A DNA stretch of 35,147 nucleotides from Octopus bimaculoides (lineage: Eukaryota), in assembly GCF_001194135.2 (NCBI RefSeq), contig NC_069004.1, positions 15,232,179-15,267,325 on the forward strand, in the 5' to 3' direction. Positions within the stretch are counted from its first letter, which is position 1. Every line of letters starts with the position of its first letter. Below the pieces are notes generated by a model. The model made no database searches. It was not told the origin of the DNA and worked only from the letters and a program-made list of their open reading frames with translations. Shown here in pieces: positions 13,330 through 25,795 of this stretch. The translations under genes and the position numbers were made by a program.

Positions 13330-14350
13330 GGACAGAAAAGTTTCCAAATCCATCATCAATGTTTCTAGACTATCATGTTTTCATCTTTAGGATGAAGTAA
13401 TGTTGGCATATGTTACTGCCTGCTTCTTTGTAGTAGTCAGGGCCTAAAGTGATTGATGTAAACATCACCACTGGAGTTTAACATTTTATGGATAGATTTA
13501 TACATCAACAGGGTGCTGATTTTTATTTGATTTGCCATTTCTGTGTTTATTTTGGTTTTGTATGATGCTCCAACATTATTTATCTCTTTTTTTGCATGGA
13601 ATTCTTTAGAATATAGATAATGTCTTCCTACCTAACTTGGTTTTTCTGTTGTGTACTGTGTAGTGTATTGCAATTGCTTCTCTGATGCAGCACATCACAT
13701 GAGTTTCTTGTAAGCTATGTTGAGCCAGTGAAAGAATGTCTTAGCACTAAATAACAGTTGTTTTAGCTCTATAACAGTTGGATTTGTGAAGTTCTCTAGC
13801 TTTCAATTTTACAATCAACTTTATAAATCACATTGGTTATTGTTTGCCGGTTTAGCTGCTTGTTATTTGTTATTATTAAGGTTTTAATTTTAGTGTTTTT
13901 CTCATATATTATAAGTGTTACTTAATGATTTAACAATGCATTTTATGTTCTGTTTTAAAAGCTTTCAGATCAAGTATTCTATATTCTATAGTTAATAGGC
14001 ATATAATTCACATAATACATTTGTATGCATTTTATCCATTATTAATAGATTTACTATCTAATATAATAGGTTGTATTGGTCAATTAGTTTGTTAAAATAT
14101 CCATTATTGATAAGTATTTGTGTCATTCTGTAGATTTCATTATCTTGTTCTTTGTTTGTGGAGAATCTAAATGCTTTTCAAAATAGAAATTTCACCACTG
14201 ACATTTTGCATCCTTGTGGACATTTGTTGTCTTAATATAAGTACAATCATACAATTGTGTCTTAGATATAAATGGACGTGTTGTATCTGCTATTTTCTAT
14301 CTGAGTATTTATAACTAGAAATAGAATCATTGTGTTGCAGGCAGTTATAT
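13330..14350 (-). mobile_element. Decayed Penelope-like retroelement (RT thumb, probable GIY-YIG remnant, 3' hammerhead relic)
   Basis: Minus-strand frame 14222-14070 reads CPQGCKMSVVKFLF*KAFRFSTNKEQDNEIYRMTQILINNGYFNKLIDQY, matching the PLE thumb pattern CP..YK...RA..ICS...E...I...L..NGY. A decayed hammerhead lies at 13396-13353. Confidence 0.7.
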
Positions 14351-14640
14351 TTGCCTTTTTCTAAATGCTAAATTTTAGTACAGAATTGATTTCTAGTTCT
14401 TCTAAAAATTGTAAACCTCACAATGTTAACTATTATACTGGCTGTGCCTGTATGATACCATCCTACTAACTCATTATGCACTTACAGCAAAGAACAATGC
14501 ACCACACAACACAAACCATAACTAGATAATAATAATAATAATAAATGATTCGTAAGCCATACATCTATACTCCAGAAAAATAGACAAATAATGCTAGAAG
14601 CAATAGTCATAGTACAGCACAATGCATAAATAAAAAATAA

Positions 14641-14794
14641 GTGGTTGTGTGGTAAGAAGCTTGCTTCCCAACCACATGGTCCTGGGTTCAGTCCCATTGT
14701 GTGGTACCTTGGGTAAGTGTCTTCTACTACAGCCTCAGGCTGACCAAAACCTTGAGACTGGATTTGGTAGATGGAAACTGAAAGAGGCCAGTCA
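14641..14794 (+). mobile_element. CORE-like SINE 5' half
   Basis: gtggtaagaagcttgcttcccaaccacatgg...accttgggtaagtg...gaaactgaaagagg. Confidence 0.75.
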
Positions 14795-15234
14795 TATATA
14801 TATATATATATAATTAATTCAATAATAGGATAAAATCTTTTACAAGAATTTTATCAAGAAGCTAGTGGGAAAAAACTCATAAGGGAAAAAAATCCATCAT
14901 TTTTTATTCTCAAGAATATATTTATTTATTTATATATTTATATAAGGGCATTACTACAGAATAATGCCACACACTAGACTTCCATAATAAACACATTTTT
15001 ACCGAATGCGAGGAAAAGCAACTCTTAAAAAACCAACCTTTTAAAAATGAACTCAACTATATATCGAATGATTTCATGATTATTAGAATAATATGTAACT
15101 TTCGATCATCAGTATAGTATGGTCAGAATATATAAAAATAAACAAAATCCTCAACTTACCAAAATCAGAAATGCAATCTAGTCTGGGAAAGTAAGTTATG
15201 GTAGCTTAAAAATCCAGTGAACAGCCAGTTAATG

Positions 15235-16432
15235 TATTTGACGAGAAGGTAAGAAGAGGTATAGACTTATAATGTAAAGGGCAACTGGAAGTTCCTTCAG
15301 AACAACCTATTGAGGGTAATAACTAAATCTATGACTGGTGCAGCCAGACCAAGAGTGACATGATGGATGAAAAGTAAAGCAAATAGAACCATTACAGCAA
15401 AGAGAAAGGCTCAGAAAGATTGGAAGAATGGTGGCAGCAGAGAAATATACCAGTTGGCCTTATAGGAATGGGGGTTATACATCATTAGATGTACACCTGC
15501 TTTCCCATATTAAATTAGGATTGAACGGAACGCAGAACTCCAAACTATCAACTCAACAATATTTATTTAAGGTGGAAAATATACAGCTTTACTCTTGGTT
15601 GTTGAGACACCTTCTGTGTGTGAGAACATGGTTGTTGAGACGTTGGTATGTTGATGTGAGCTGTCTAGCGTGAGTTCGAAAGATGGAGAGAGACAGCTAG
15701 ACACGTCCTTGCTCAATCGCTGGCCAGTCGAGAAAAAGACAGAATAAAGCGGGAAAGCTTGGATGTTGAATTCCACGCATGCATGAGACTACGCATGCGC
15801 ACAGCATTACTACAGCCTGAAGGGAAGTGACAAAACAGATCTATCTAGCTAGGGAAGAAGCAGAAAGGAAAAAGTTTGATAATATTCTATGGCATGAGGA
15901 CCAGAGGTGAGGTGTTTTGGATTGCAAGACAGCATATCAGAGAAAATCATAATGTTGTGGGAGAGAAATGTGTACATTTATACTTAGTGGTTCTGAAAAG
16001 CAAAAGGCATGGAAGTGATACTATAAAAGACTGTTAATTGTGGAGGATGTACGGGAAGAAGAGAGTCTTCCTAATGTAGACTCGACAGAGGGACTAGTTA
16101 TCCTAATTCACTGCAGTACGATTAGATAAAGCAATTAAGGATATGAAGACAGAAAAAAACCCTGGTTTATGAGGAAATACTACCATGATGCTTAAAATAT
16201 CTGGTAGCGTGGAATACAGACCAAGCAACTTCTAGTCACTTGCATAGTTAATTATATTATCCAGGAATGGGTCATACTCAATGACTAGTGTAGTAATATT
16301 ATAGTCAATTGCCAAAAAGGTAAAGGAGAAAGCTGAGAGAGAAGTCATTACATAGGTATCAAATTGCTGGACAAGGTCATGAAAGTTAAAGGCAGGGTTA
16401 AAGCTCAATTAATTAGGAACAGAATAGGTCAG
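15235..16432 (+). mobile_element. Decayed RTE LINE (family A, region upstream of RT), split by an LTR-like insert
   Basis: RPRVT*W...KRKAQKDWKNGGSREIYQLA, then REVTKQIYLAREEAERKKF...ENHNVVGEKCV...KLLDKVMK. Confidence 0.7.
15461..15814 (-). mobile_element. Candidate solo LTR (354 bp) with 4-bp TSD
   Basis: GCCT duplicated at 15457-15460 and 15815-15818. Imperfect terminal repeats TGTAGTAATG/TATAGGAATG (8/10). AATAAA on the - strand near 15565. Removing the insert restores the RTE reading frame. Confidence 0.7.
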
Positions 16433-16527
16433 TGTAATTGGCCTACCTCATCCCCTGAACTTGCTGGCCTTTTTGTGCCAAAATTTGAAACCATCATTAC
16501 AGAAGCTGAGTGAATAGTGCAATGTTC

Positions 16528-16669
16528 AACTGATACTTATTTTATCGAACCCAAACGGATGAAAGGCAAAGACAACCTCTGCAGAATTTGAACTCAGAAC
16601 ATAAGGACAGAGGAAATGCCACTGAGCATTTTGCCTGGCATGCTAACAATTCTGCTAGCTTGCCACCTT
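16528..16669 (-). mobile_element. Nin/Deu-like SINE, partial
   Basis: Similarity to 32050-32185. Confidence 0.7.
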
Positions 16670-17579
16670 ACTCAGCTTCTAATTATGAGAGCAACTATTC
16701 ACATACTTACTCCCTGTACCACTCACCCCCATTAGAACCACTCACTTTGCCACCTATATTCTCAATATCATCCCTTATCACCCTATTTTCCACTGAATGC
16801 CCCTTTCATTTCCCCTTTTCCCCAGAACAGCCTCACAATTTGTCAATGGTAGCCCTTACCACTGCCCTGTTCATCTCCCACTATTTTCCACCCCAATGTA
16901 CCTGTGGCTTAATTATATATGTAGATGTAAGAATTGCAGTAAGGTCTGTTAAATAAATTCAAGATGGACAATAATAAACAAATTCAGAGACAAGTTGCAA
17001 TACACCACAAGGAAGCATTTATTACGACTTCAGAAATTTGATAAAGCAAACTGGTAAAGCATTTCAATCGTCAAAACATAACATATATATAAATGTTCAT
17101 CAAAATGTAGAATAGAGGTTAAAAAAAAAACCTGAAATACAGCATCACAATAATTCTGGTTACTTCTATTCAAGTGTTAGTAGGACGCTAAGCATAATGT
17201 CCAGGATTCTAGTTTGAAATCTGTTCAAACTGAAAACTGCAAATTCAAATCCAAATTGTTTTCACATCAAGGTCCAGGTCGTTCGTAACAAAATTATCCT
17301 TCCTGGGGGCTTAGCGAGCCAGAACTTACCATTTTATAACTGACAAACAGACACTAAGCTAGTCCATCATGTTAAAGATGTGGGCAGTCCAAGTAAAACC
17401 AAACTGGGTAGTGAAAAGCTACAATGTGGACAGCTAAAGTTCAAGAGCACTCATGCTGCCACTACATACCCATGACTTCGTTTCTAGATATTGTTGAAAT
17501 TCCAAAGAAGGAGCCTTGGATCTAAGTTAGAAACTGGTTCTTTCTCTATTGACAAGAAATCTTAAAATAAAGCCGGATA

Positions 17580-17808
17580 ATCCTTTCTACTGTAGGCACA
17601 ACGCCTGAAAATTTGGGGAAGGGGATAGTTGATTACGTCGACCCCACTGCATAACTGGTACTTATTTCATTGACCCCCCCCACCCCCACCCCAAAGGACG
17701 AAAGGCAAAGTCAACCTCGGTGGAATTTGAACTCAGAACGTAGCGGCAGATGAAATACTGCTAAGCATTTCGCCTGGGGTGCTAATGATTCTGCCAGCTC
17801 ACCACCTT
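17580..17808 (-). mobile_element. Nin/Deu-like SINE copy
   Basis: Head aaggtggtgagctggcagaa, B-box-like gagttcaaattcc, shared core. Confidence 0.8.
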
Positions 17809-18659
17809 AAGATAACACTGAATAATGACATGCAAATATACATACATACATACATACGTACTTACATACAGACAGACAGACAAGCAGGCAGACAGACAGA
17901 CATATATAATTTATGACAAACATTTGCTTGTGTGGCAATTCACTCCAGCAGGGGTGTTACAAAATAAATATTCCCTGGGAACACACAGCAATTAGTCATG
18001 TGGGAATCAATACAAAACTGACCACCATGAACAAATATACCAAAGCAAGTTGATTTATTTCTAACCCATTTAATATCTTTCGAGACATTGAATACCTTGA
18101 AGAGTGCTCAACAAGTAAATTACTCCTGGCTATGTCTTGCAGACTTTGTGGTATCATGGTTACTTCCCCTCCTCCTGCTGTATGAGAGAAGCAGCAGGGT
18201 TTACTCTACTTTGCCAACACATCTGGTAGAACTTGTAGGGTTACTTCCCCATATCTACCAGTCTGAGTGGAGAGAGAGAGAGAGAGAGAGAGAAAGGGAG
18301 CATGCAGAGTTCTTTCCCTTGTTCTACTAGTATGGGAGATTCTACATGGTCCTCTCTAACCATGTGAGTGAATATAAAAGAATATATAAATGTTTATAAA
18401 TATATATAATATAAAAATATGTTATAGATAATTATATATCTATATGAATATGTATAATTTAAAATGCTACATTATGGTAAATTATATTTTATATGAATAA
18501 GTAAAGTATATCCTTATTTATATCTCATGAAAAAGAGATATATTATGATACATCTTCAAAAATATGTACATCAAGAATGAATGTTTGATGTTTAAAATTT
18601 GATGAGGAACATTATACTGTCTACTTTTAGGGAACTTTCTGAGCATTTCAGAGAATTTT

Positions 18660-19071
18660 CTTTTACTCTCTTTTACTTGTTTCAATCATTTGACTGTGGC
18701 CAAGCTGGAGCACCGCCTTTATAGTCAAGCATATCGACCCCAGAGCTTATTCTTTGTAAGCCTAGTACTTATTCTATCGGTCTCTTTTGCCGAACCGCTA
18801 AGTTACAGGGGACGTAAACACACCAGCATCGGTTGTCAAGCGATGTTGGGGGGACAAACAGACACACAAACACATACATACACAATGGGCTTCTTCCAGT
18901 TTCCGTCTATCAAATCCACTCACAAGGCTTTGGTCGGCCTGAGGCTATAGTAGATAACACTTGCCCAAGGTGCCACGCAGTGAGACTGAACTCCAGGACC
19001 ATGTGGTTGGTCAGCAAGCTACTTACCACACAGTCACTCCAGTGCATATCCATACAGCCACTCCTGTGCCT
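18660..19071 (-). mobile_element. CORE-like SINE, full length
   Basis: Collinear with 9329-9744. Confidence 0.85.
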
Positions 19072-19198
19072 ATGATTAGACTTCGTGCTTAATGTTCTTG
19101 CATATCTTCACAAGGAAAGCTGTCTTTATTGTTTTCCTGTGACCCCATCACATCTGTTAAGTGTCTATTGTTTACATTGAGCACACAGGTAACCTTTT

Positions 19199-19395
19199 CC
19201 CCTTCCATGCCGGCTATCTCTAATGAGCGTATATTATATAACTGGTTTGTTGCCTAACATTCCTTTATATAATTTCATGCAAAACCAATTGGTAAGACCA
19301 GCCATAATGGACAATTAACACTATAATATTCAGACAATATACCGACTTTGCTAACAGTTATACAAGTGCATCTTCTCCCTGACTTAGATGACTCA
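19199..19395 (+). mobile_element. Single-arm relative of element C family
   Basis: Aligns by eye to 26186-26430 (ccttccat...ctaatgag...ggtttgtt.cctaa...aaaccaattg.taagaccag...ccctgactta). The core is mutated to CTAATGA. Confidence 0.6.
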
Positions 19396-19399
19396 AGCA

Positions 19400-19441
<42 letters not shown>

Positions 19442-19904
19442 ATACACACATACACACGCACACACACACACATATATTAATTGTTAAAAAATTGTACAGT
19501 ATACACCTGGTAGTTTTCTGGTAAAGCAAATTCACTGACTTAGTGTTCATTGGATATTTTATTAATGAGAGAAACAGAAGATGAGTCAAAACAACTGTAG
19601 TGGTCAATAAAAGTTCTTGTATCTTCCATCTTCCATTTCTCTCATTAATCAAATATATATATATATATATACATATGCAGATATATGTACACATCAACAT
19701 GTACATACACACATATAAATATATACACACACACTCAAAGACATACACTCTCATCATCCATAACTCTTACCTGTAAGTGTTTATATCTGTGCACATCTGA
19801 CCAGATCTCCATAGATGCAAAACTATAATTCTCTATATTGATGTATTTACAGGTGAACATATGTCCCCATGTGTATTTATGCAATATATATATATATATA
19901 TATA

Positions 19905-20121
19905 CGAGGGAGTGCTGACAAGTTCCTGGCTTTAGGTAAAAGAAAATACAGGAGGACCAGTTAATTATGATTTTATTCAACATATTCCCCTCTCAGATTC
20001 ACACACTTATTGCAGTGGTCCTTCAGTTTTTCTAAGTTCTGTAAAAGAACTCAGAAGGTTGGGCCTCCAACCAGTCTTTTCACAACACCCCTAAAGCCAG
20101 GAACTTTTCAGCACCCCCTCG
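19905..20121. mobile_element. Mariner-type MITE, 217 bp
   Basis: TIRs CGAGGG.GTGCTGA.AAGTTCCTGGCTTTA; TA at both ends. Confidence 0.85.
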
Positions 20122-20749
20122 TATACATAATAGTCTTCACAAAATTCAGCAATAACCGCACTGAAAACATCAATCATTTGTAAAGTCGTAATCATAGATA
20201 TTTATCTCTACACTTATATACATATACCCTTGTTATACACATGTAGAGTATATACACAACCTTAGACAGAGGTAGAAGGTTAAATTCAGATACATAAGAC
20301 ATTACATAATGTTCAAGTGTTATTATATAATTTCTGGATGGAGCAGTTATATACTTGACAACAAGGATCAGCAAGATGTTCGAAGGTAGTTGTTCATTAG
20401 GGTACCAAGGCCCTTTAGTTATATATTGGACGAGTTGTATTTTGGGGAAATTTTCCAAAATTTTTGATTACATCATATAATTAGTTCCCAGTGATAGTTT
20501 ATTAATTAAATTTCACTTACACTCTAGTATCTGGAAAGCCTCTGTTGCACATAAATTCCATTGTTTTCCTCCACTATCATGTGAAAAAGCAATCTGAATT
20601 ATCAACCACAGTATCTAATAGTTAATATTCTTATCACATAGCAATCATACTTACACTCCTTCCTTCTAGCCCTAAAACATGGTGGCACCATCTTGCTTTA
20701 ATATTGTCTCCAATAGCATCGATGTACACATTATCTGGTGTTCAGATTG

Positions 20750-21131
20750 GTGGCACTCCGTTGCTTACGACGACGAGGGTTCCAGTTGATCCGATCAACG
20801 GAACAACCTGCTCGTGAAATTAACATGCAAGTAGCTGAGCACTCCACAGACACTTGTACCCTTAACGTAGTTCTTGGGGATATTCAGCATGACACAGAGT
20901 GTGACAAGGCTGGCCCTTTGTATTACAGGTACAACAGAAACAGGAAGAAAGAGTGAGAGAAAGTTGTGGTGGAAGAGTACAGCAGGGTTCGCCACCATCC
21001 CCTGCCGGAGCCTCGTGGAGCTTTAGGTGTTTTTGCTCAATAAACACTCACAACGCCTGGTCCGGGAATCGAAACAGCGATCCTACGACCGCAAGTCCAC
21101 TGCCCTAACCACTGGGCCATTGTGCCTCCAC
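20750..21131 (-). mobile_element. Full-length tRNA(Arg)-like SINE with TSD
   Basis: A/B-box head at the right end. TSD TGTTCAGATTG at 20739-20749 and 21134-21144. Same family as 28726-29107. Confidence 0.9.
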
Positions 21132-21971
21132 GATGTTCAGATTGAACACTTGTATACAGCATTTCTTTGGAGGCAGTTGTTGTTCCCAGTAAAGCAGTAA
21201 AGCAGATACATTCCAATGAGCTCAGTTACTTGAGAAGAGCTGCTATGTCCTATTGTAATACTGAAGTTATTTTACCTAACATTGCAAGTCCAAAGTTTAT
21301 TATCAAATTTAATTAATGGTCCTCTAGCTGCTAAAATAGTATCTATATCTGATCCAGATGATCAAGAGTTATTCATGGAAAAGCTGAATATCTTATTAAA
21401 TAGGATGGGGTTAATAAACAAGTAGTAGCTAGAGATATCTAGTTGTAGAAGTTTAATTGATTTTTATCTGTCAATTCCCTAAACTAATCTATAACATCTA
21501 CAGTGTCAAACCATAAACTAAGTGTAATTTTAGATTAAAGTCAAGGGATTACTCTATCTATAAGCTTTTTGCTAATCCTATCTATATCTGATTCAGAAGG
21601 GCATATAAGTCTAACAGCTAGATACATGCATGCATGTGCGCACACGTGTGTGTGTGTACATGCATGTGTCTGTGTGTTTGCACTCTATTAAAATTGTGAG
21701 CTACAAACAGTGATGTTGTCCCTTCTCCTGTAAACGAATCTTCTACTCACTTTGCTCCTTTGAAGATGTGTGAAACAAGAGATTCCTTTATGTTGAAAAC
21801 AGATAAGGATTAGTGAGAAGAAGGGTATCTGGCTGTAAAACAATGCCTCAATTATATAAGGATCTAACCCATGCTAGCATGAAAAACAGACATAAAACAA
21901 ACTGATGAATGAGGATATATATATAAATATGGATGTATATATATGTATTGGTAACATATTTATACACTGAA

Positions 21972-22059
21972 TGACACCTTGGGCAAGTGTCTTCTACTAC
22001 AGCCTTGGGTTTACCAAAGCCATGTGAGTGGATTTGATAGACAGAAATCGAAAGCACAT

Positions 22060-22102
<43 letters not shown>

Positions 22103-22304
22103 TTGTGTCTGTAGTTGTCCCCCAACTCTACTTGACAAGTGGTGTTTGCTTGTTTACATCACCATAACTTAGCAGTCCGGCCAATGAGACCAATAGAATA
22201 AGTACCAGGCTTAAGAAATAATAATAAGCACTGGGGTCAATTCTTCAAGGTGGCACCCTAGCATGGCTGCAGTCTGATAACTGAAACAGATGAAAGATAA
22301 AAAA
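21972..22304 (+). mobile_element. CORE-like SINE, 5' truncated
   Basis: accttgggcaagtgtcttctac...(TG)n...aataagtaccaggc...gcatggctgcagtc. Confidence 0.75.
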
Positions 22305-22330
22305 TATATATGTATTTAAAGATATACATA

Positions 22331-22771
22331 TATATATTAAAGTTAGATGAAGCTGGTTTATGGGATTATCTTACGTTTCACGTCCATGGCTTTATGGTGT
22401 ATCATCAAATCCCAAAATCTGTTGGCTAAAGGCCTCTCTAGAATATGGAGGAAGAAATGAACTCGTGCTTGCATTACACGAAATCGCTGCTAGCCTATTG
22501 GAACCCTCAAGATAGCAGGGCCACAGGCGATCAACAGGCAAAGGGACACAACCCCTTTGTTGACAACAGCGATCGATAGTCAAGGGGAGACAATCGACTT
22601 TGTTGACATTGAAAGCTCAATTCCTCCTCCATATTCTAGAGAGGCCACTCACTAGACGAGCCTTTAGCCAACAGATTTTGGGATCTGATGATACGCCATA
22701 AAGCCAGGCCCTTTATGGGCATGAAACCTAAAGTATTCCTATAAACCAGCCTCATCTAACTTTAATATATA
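22331..22771. mobile_element. Inverted-repeat element D (arms about 130-150 bp, spacer about 160 bp) with decayed hammerhead cores
   Basis: Termini tatatattaaagttagatga / tcatctaactttaatatata. CTGATGA at 22685, stem CCATAAAG/CTTTATGG, GAAA at 22723. The left arm reads TTGATGA...GAAACGTA on the - strand. Confidence 0.65.
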
Positions 22772-22885
22772 CTGCTGTATAACTTAGAGTATGCTTCTTT
22801 CTTCAGATTAATGTTCACAGATGATATATATATATATATATATATATAAGAATTTAAGGATTGGAGAAAACGCATGTTATAATTA

Positions 22886-22984
22886 CATACTTTATTCCTA
22901 CATATGTTTCAAAGGATTACAACCTGTGTGATCCATAGGGATCTTTGATATTAAAATTGTAACCTTCTCATCAGGGAAAGCATG
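22886..22984 (-). ncRNA. Type I hammerhead ribozyme, left arm of element B
   Basis: Reverse complement of the 23091-23189 motif; core at 22974-22968. Confidence 0.7.
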
Positions 22985-23090
22985 GGAATCATCTTAAACG
23001 TAAGACATTATGACCGATTATGAAAACAATAGATGGATCCATCTATTGTTTTCATAATCGGTCATAATGTCTTACATTTAAGATGATTCC

Positions 23091-23189
23091 CATGCTTTCC
23101 CTGATGAGAAGGTTACAATTTTAATATCAAAGATCCCTATGGATCACACAGGTTGTAATCCTTTGAAACATATGTAGGAATAAAGTATG
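23091..23189 (+). ncRNA. Type I hammerhead ribozyme, right arm of element B
   Basis: Helix I UUCC/GGAA extended by CAUGCU/AGUAUG; CUGAUGA 23101-23107; helix II GAAGG-UUACAA/UUGUAA-U-CCUUU with inner GAUCC/GGAUC hairpin; GAAA 23165-23168; palindromic helix III ACAU|AUGU; cleavage GUA after 23176. G10.1-U11.1 replaces the canonical G-C pair. Confidence 0.75.
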
Positions 23190-23980
23190 CAATTATAACA
23201 TGCGTTTTCTCCAATCCTTAAATTCTTAAATATACTCAAATACCCAAAATTTCAAGGAGTTCCTGCCTTAAAAACAGGAGCTAACCACAGTTATTTTGTG
23301 TTCTTTGCTACATTGGTTTCTATTAACCCATTTATTCTATCAGAAGAATTTTTATTCATTAAGATAGAAGAAATACACATAATTATATATATATATTTAA
23401 AGAGGAAAATAATTAGAGATGGCAACACTAGGCCTTGTCCAAGGAATATACTTTTAGAGTGACACACAATCACTGATCTTGTAAAGAGGAAAGCAATTAG
23501 TCTTAAATCTCTGATCGAGAAGTAAGTAGTAACGATACTACAGAGTAAAATCTATTTGCCAACGTAAAGTGGCAGTCCTGATTAGGACGGTGTTACTACC
23601 TTTTTTTAGCCTCAGGAAAATATCTTTTCCAGCTGGCTACCAATACATAACTGTGTCCTTATACCTCAAATAAAGAAGCCAATGTCTCCACTCAGTCTTA
23701 AATGGTATCTGCAGACCATGGTTTCTGGGTTATTTCTCTTCTTTGGCACAGGATAACTGTAAGAGGGGATTCAAATTCTGCAGAGGTCGTCTTTGTCTTT
23801 CATCCTTTTGGGTTCGATAAAATATGTATCATGGTGAATACTACGCTGTTTGTTGTTTTTCATTGCTCTTGCAATAGCTGTACAAATCTGAGAGGAGAAT
23901 ATCTTGAATAAAATCATGATTAACTGCTCCTCCTCTATTTTCTTTTACCCAAAGCCAGGACCTTTTCAACACCTTGTATA

Positions 23981-24698
23981 TGTAACGGTTGAAATTGATT
24001 AGCTACACAATAATATGAAATGTCAGAGCCAGCAGTTGTAACAATAAGAATTTGTTGTTATAACGGCAAGTTGTAAGATGTGAAAGATGAACAATGCAAG
24101 TTTTAAGGAAATATTTATTTACTGTTACGTTGCAATACCTTGCCTCGGCAGACAGGTTATGATAAACCCAAAAGCATGCGAAGTTAAGTTTGTGTTTGTG
24201 TTCTCTGCATTGTTCAGTAGTAATTACAGAGAGAGATTGAGAGATGTTGTAAGAGAACAGAATTAGAGCTAGTGAGAGTTGTAGGGCTGTGGTACGTTGT
24301 CTCACAGTTGCTGACAGTAAACTTCATTTCTCCCTCTGACCAAGGTTCTTGCTGGTCAATCAGATTTTGTTCTCAATGAGTTGTCACCGAAGTGACTGAC
24401 TGTCGTTTGCTTGGGGGTTCTTGTTTTTATAACAATCCAGAAGGATAGACATATCGTTGAGAACAATGGGCTTCGTTGGTGGTCTTGTTATCTCTATTCT
24501 AGCTTTTGGTAAAGTAGAAGAGGTTATAAGAGTCAAGTGGTGAAGACATTATTTCGGCCTAGCTAAAGGCAATCTGGCAAATGTAAAACTGCTGTCAGAG
24601 AAAAACCATTGTTCCACCATGAGAAAAAGTCTGTTGAACTGTTAATTTAAATTTGGCTAAGGTGGATCAAATCCACTTCATGCCTACAAGAGGCTACA
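23981..24698 (-). mobile_element. Candidate solo LTR (718 bp)
   Basis: TGTAAC...GCTACA termini, TATA on both flanks (low-complexity TSD), minus-strand TATAAAA near 24428 and AATAAA near 24117. Confidence 0.45.
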
Positions 24699-24727
24699 TA
24701 TATATAAACATATATATATAAATACTT

Positions 24728-24758
<31 letters not shown>

Positions 24759-24899
24759 TATACATATATGTACTATTTCATTGAAGCTGAGAAAACACCA
24801 CATACAGTTACTCTGAGCTTTTTCAGTCTTTCAGAAAAACAGTACTTTGAACTACCTTTGGTATTTGAGTATTAATTTTTCCACCTCGCTTTGCACCAC

Positions 24900-25145
24900 T
24901 TGTGTGTGTGTGTGTGTGTGTGTGTGTTTGTGTGTATTCATATATGTATGTATAGGTTGGTAGATAGCCTGACAAACAGAGAGACAAAGACAGACAGACA
25001 GATAGATAGACAGACAGACTGACAGGGATAGATAGACAGACAGGCAGACAGGCAGATGGATAGATAGATAGATAGATAGACAGACAGACTGACAGGGATA
25101 GACAGACAGACAGACAGGCAGGCAGGCAGGCAGATAGATAGATAG
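24900..25145. repeat. (TG)n and (GATA/GACA/GGCA)n compound microsatellite
   Basis: Read directly. Similar (TA)n/(CA)n tracts occur at about 600-790, 3625-3682, 6135-6298, 7464-7640, 26445-26667, 29648-29750 and 34345-34493. Confidence 0.9.
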
Positions 25146-25418
25146 ATTGTTAGATAATGTATTGTAATATGTGTTTGTTTCTGTTCTTGCAAATGTATTC
25201 ATCATTAACTATTTCACTCCAACAGGCTGTGGCTATGAATCAATCATATTTCGTCCTGTGTCTACACACACACACATATTACATCAGACTATATTTATGG
25301 ATACTCATTGATATACAACTTGCTATTAAATTAATGGTGATGATGAGATTGGTGGTGACATGTGTGTGTGTGCGTGTGTGCACACGCGCACACACACACA
25401 CACACACACACATAATGG

Positions 25419-25631
25419 ACAGTGGCCATGTTGGTGCACTGCCTTGAAATGTTTAGATGAACAAATCAACCCCAGTACTTATTTTCTAACCCTGGCCCTT
25501 GTTTATCAGTCTCTTTTGACAAACAGCTAAGTTTTAGGGATGTAAACAAACCAACGCAACAGTGGTTACCAAATGGAAGTGGGGGACAGACACAAACACA
25601 TAGAGATATACATACTTACATTATATATATG

Positions 25632-25688
<57 letters not shown>

Positions 25689-25763
25689 TGCACAAACATA
25701 CATTATGTATATATATGTATATACACACACACACACATATATATACGTACATATATGTGTGTG

Positions 25764-25795
<32 letters not shown>

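Larger units (their letters stand above)
22847..23228. mobile_element. Fold-back element B, 382-bp spacerless palindrome with hammerhead motifs in both arms
   Basis: 191-bp arms with 2 mismatches, centred on GGA|TCC (23037/23038). Left flank is (TA)n. Confidence 0.85.

Noticed and set aside
15090-15120. Minus-strand CUGAUGA-UC-GAAA as an ultra-minimal hammerhead
   Set aside because: Helix III cannot close with the required U16.1, so it is a chance match or too decayed to call.
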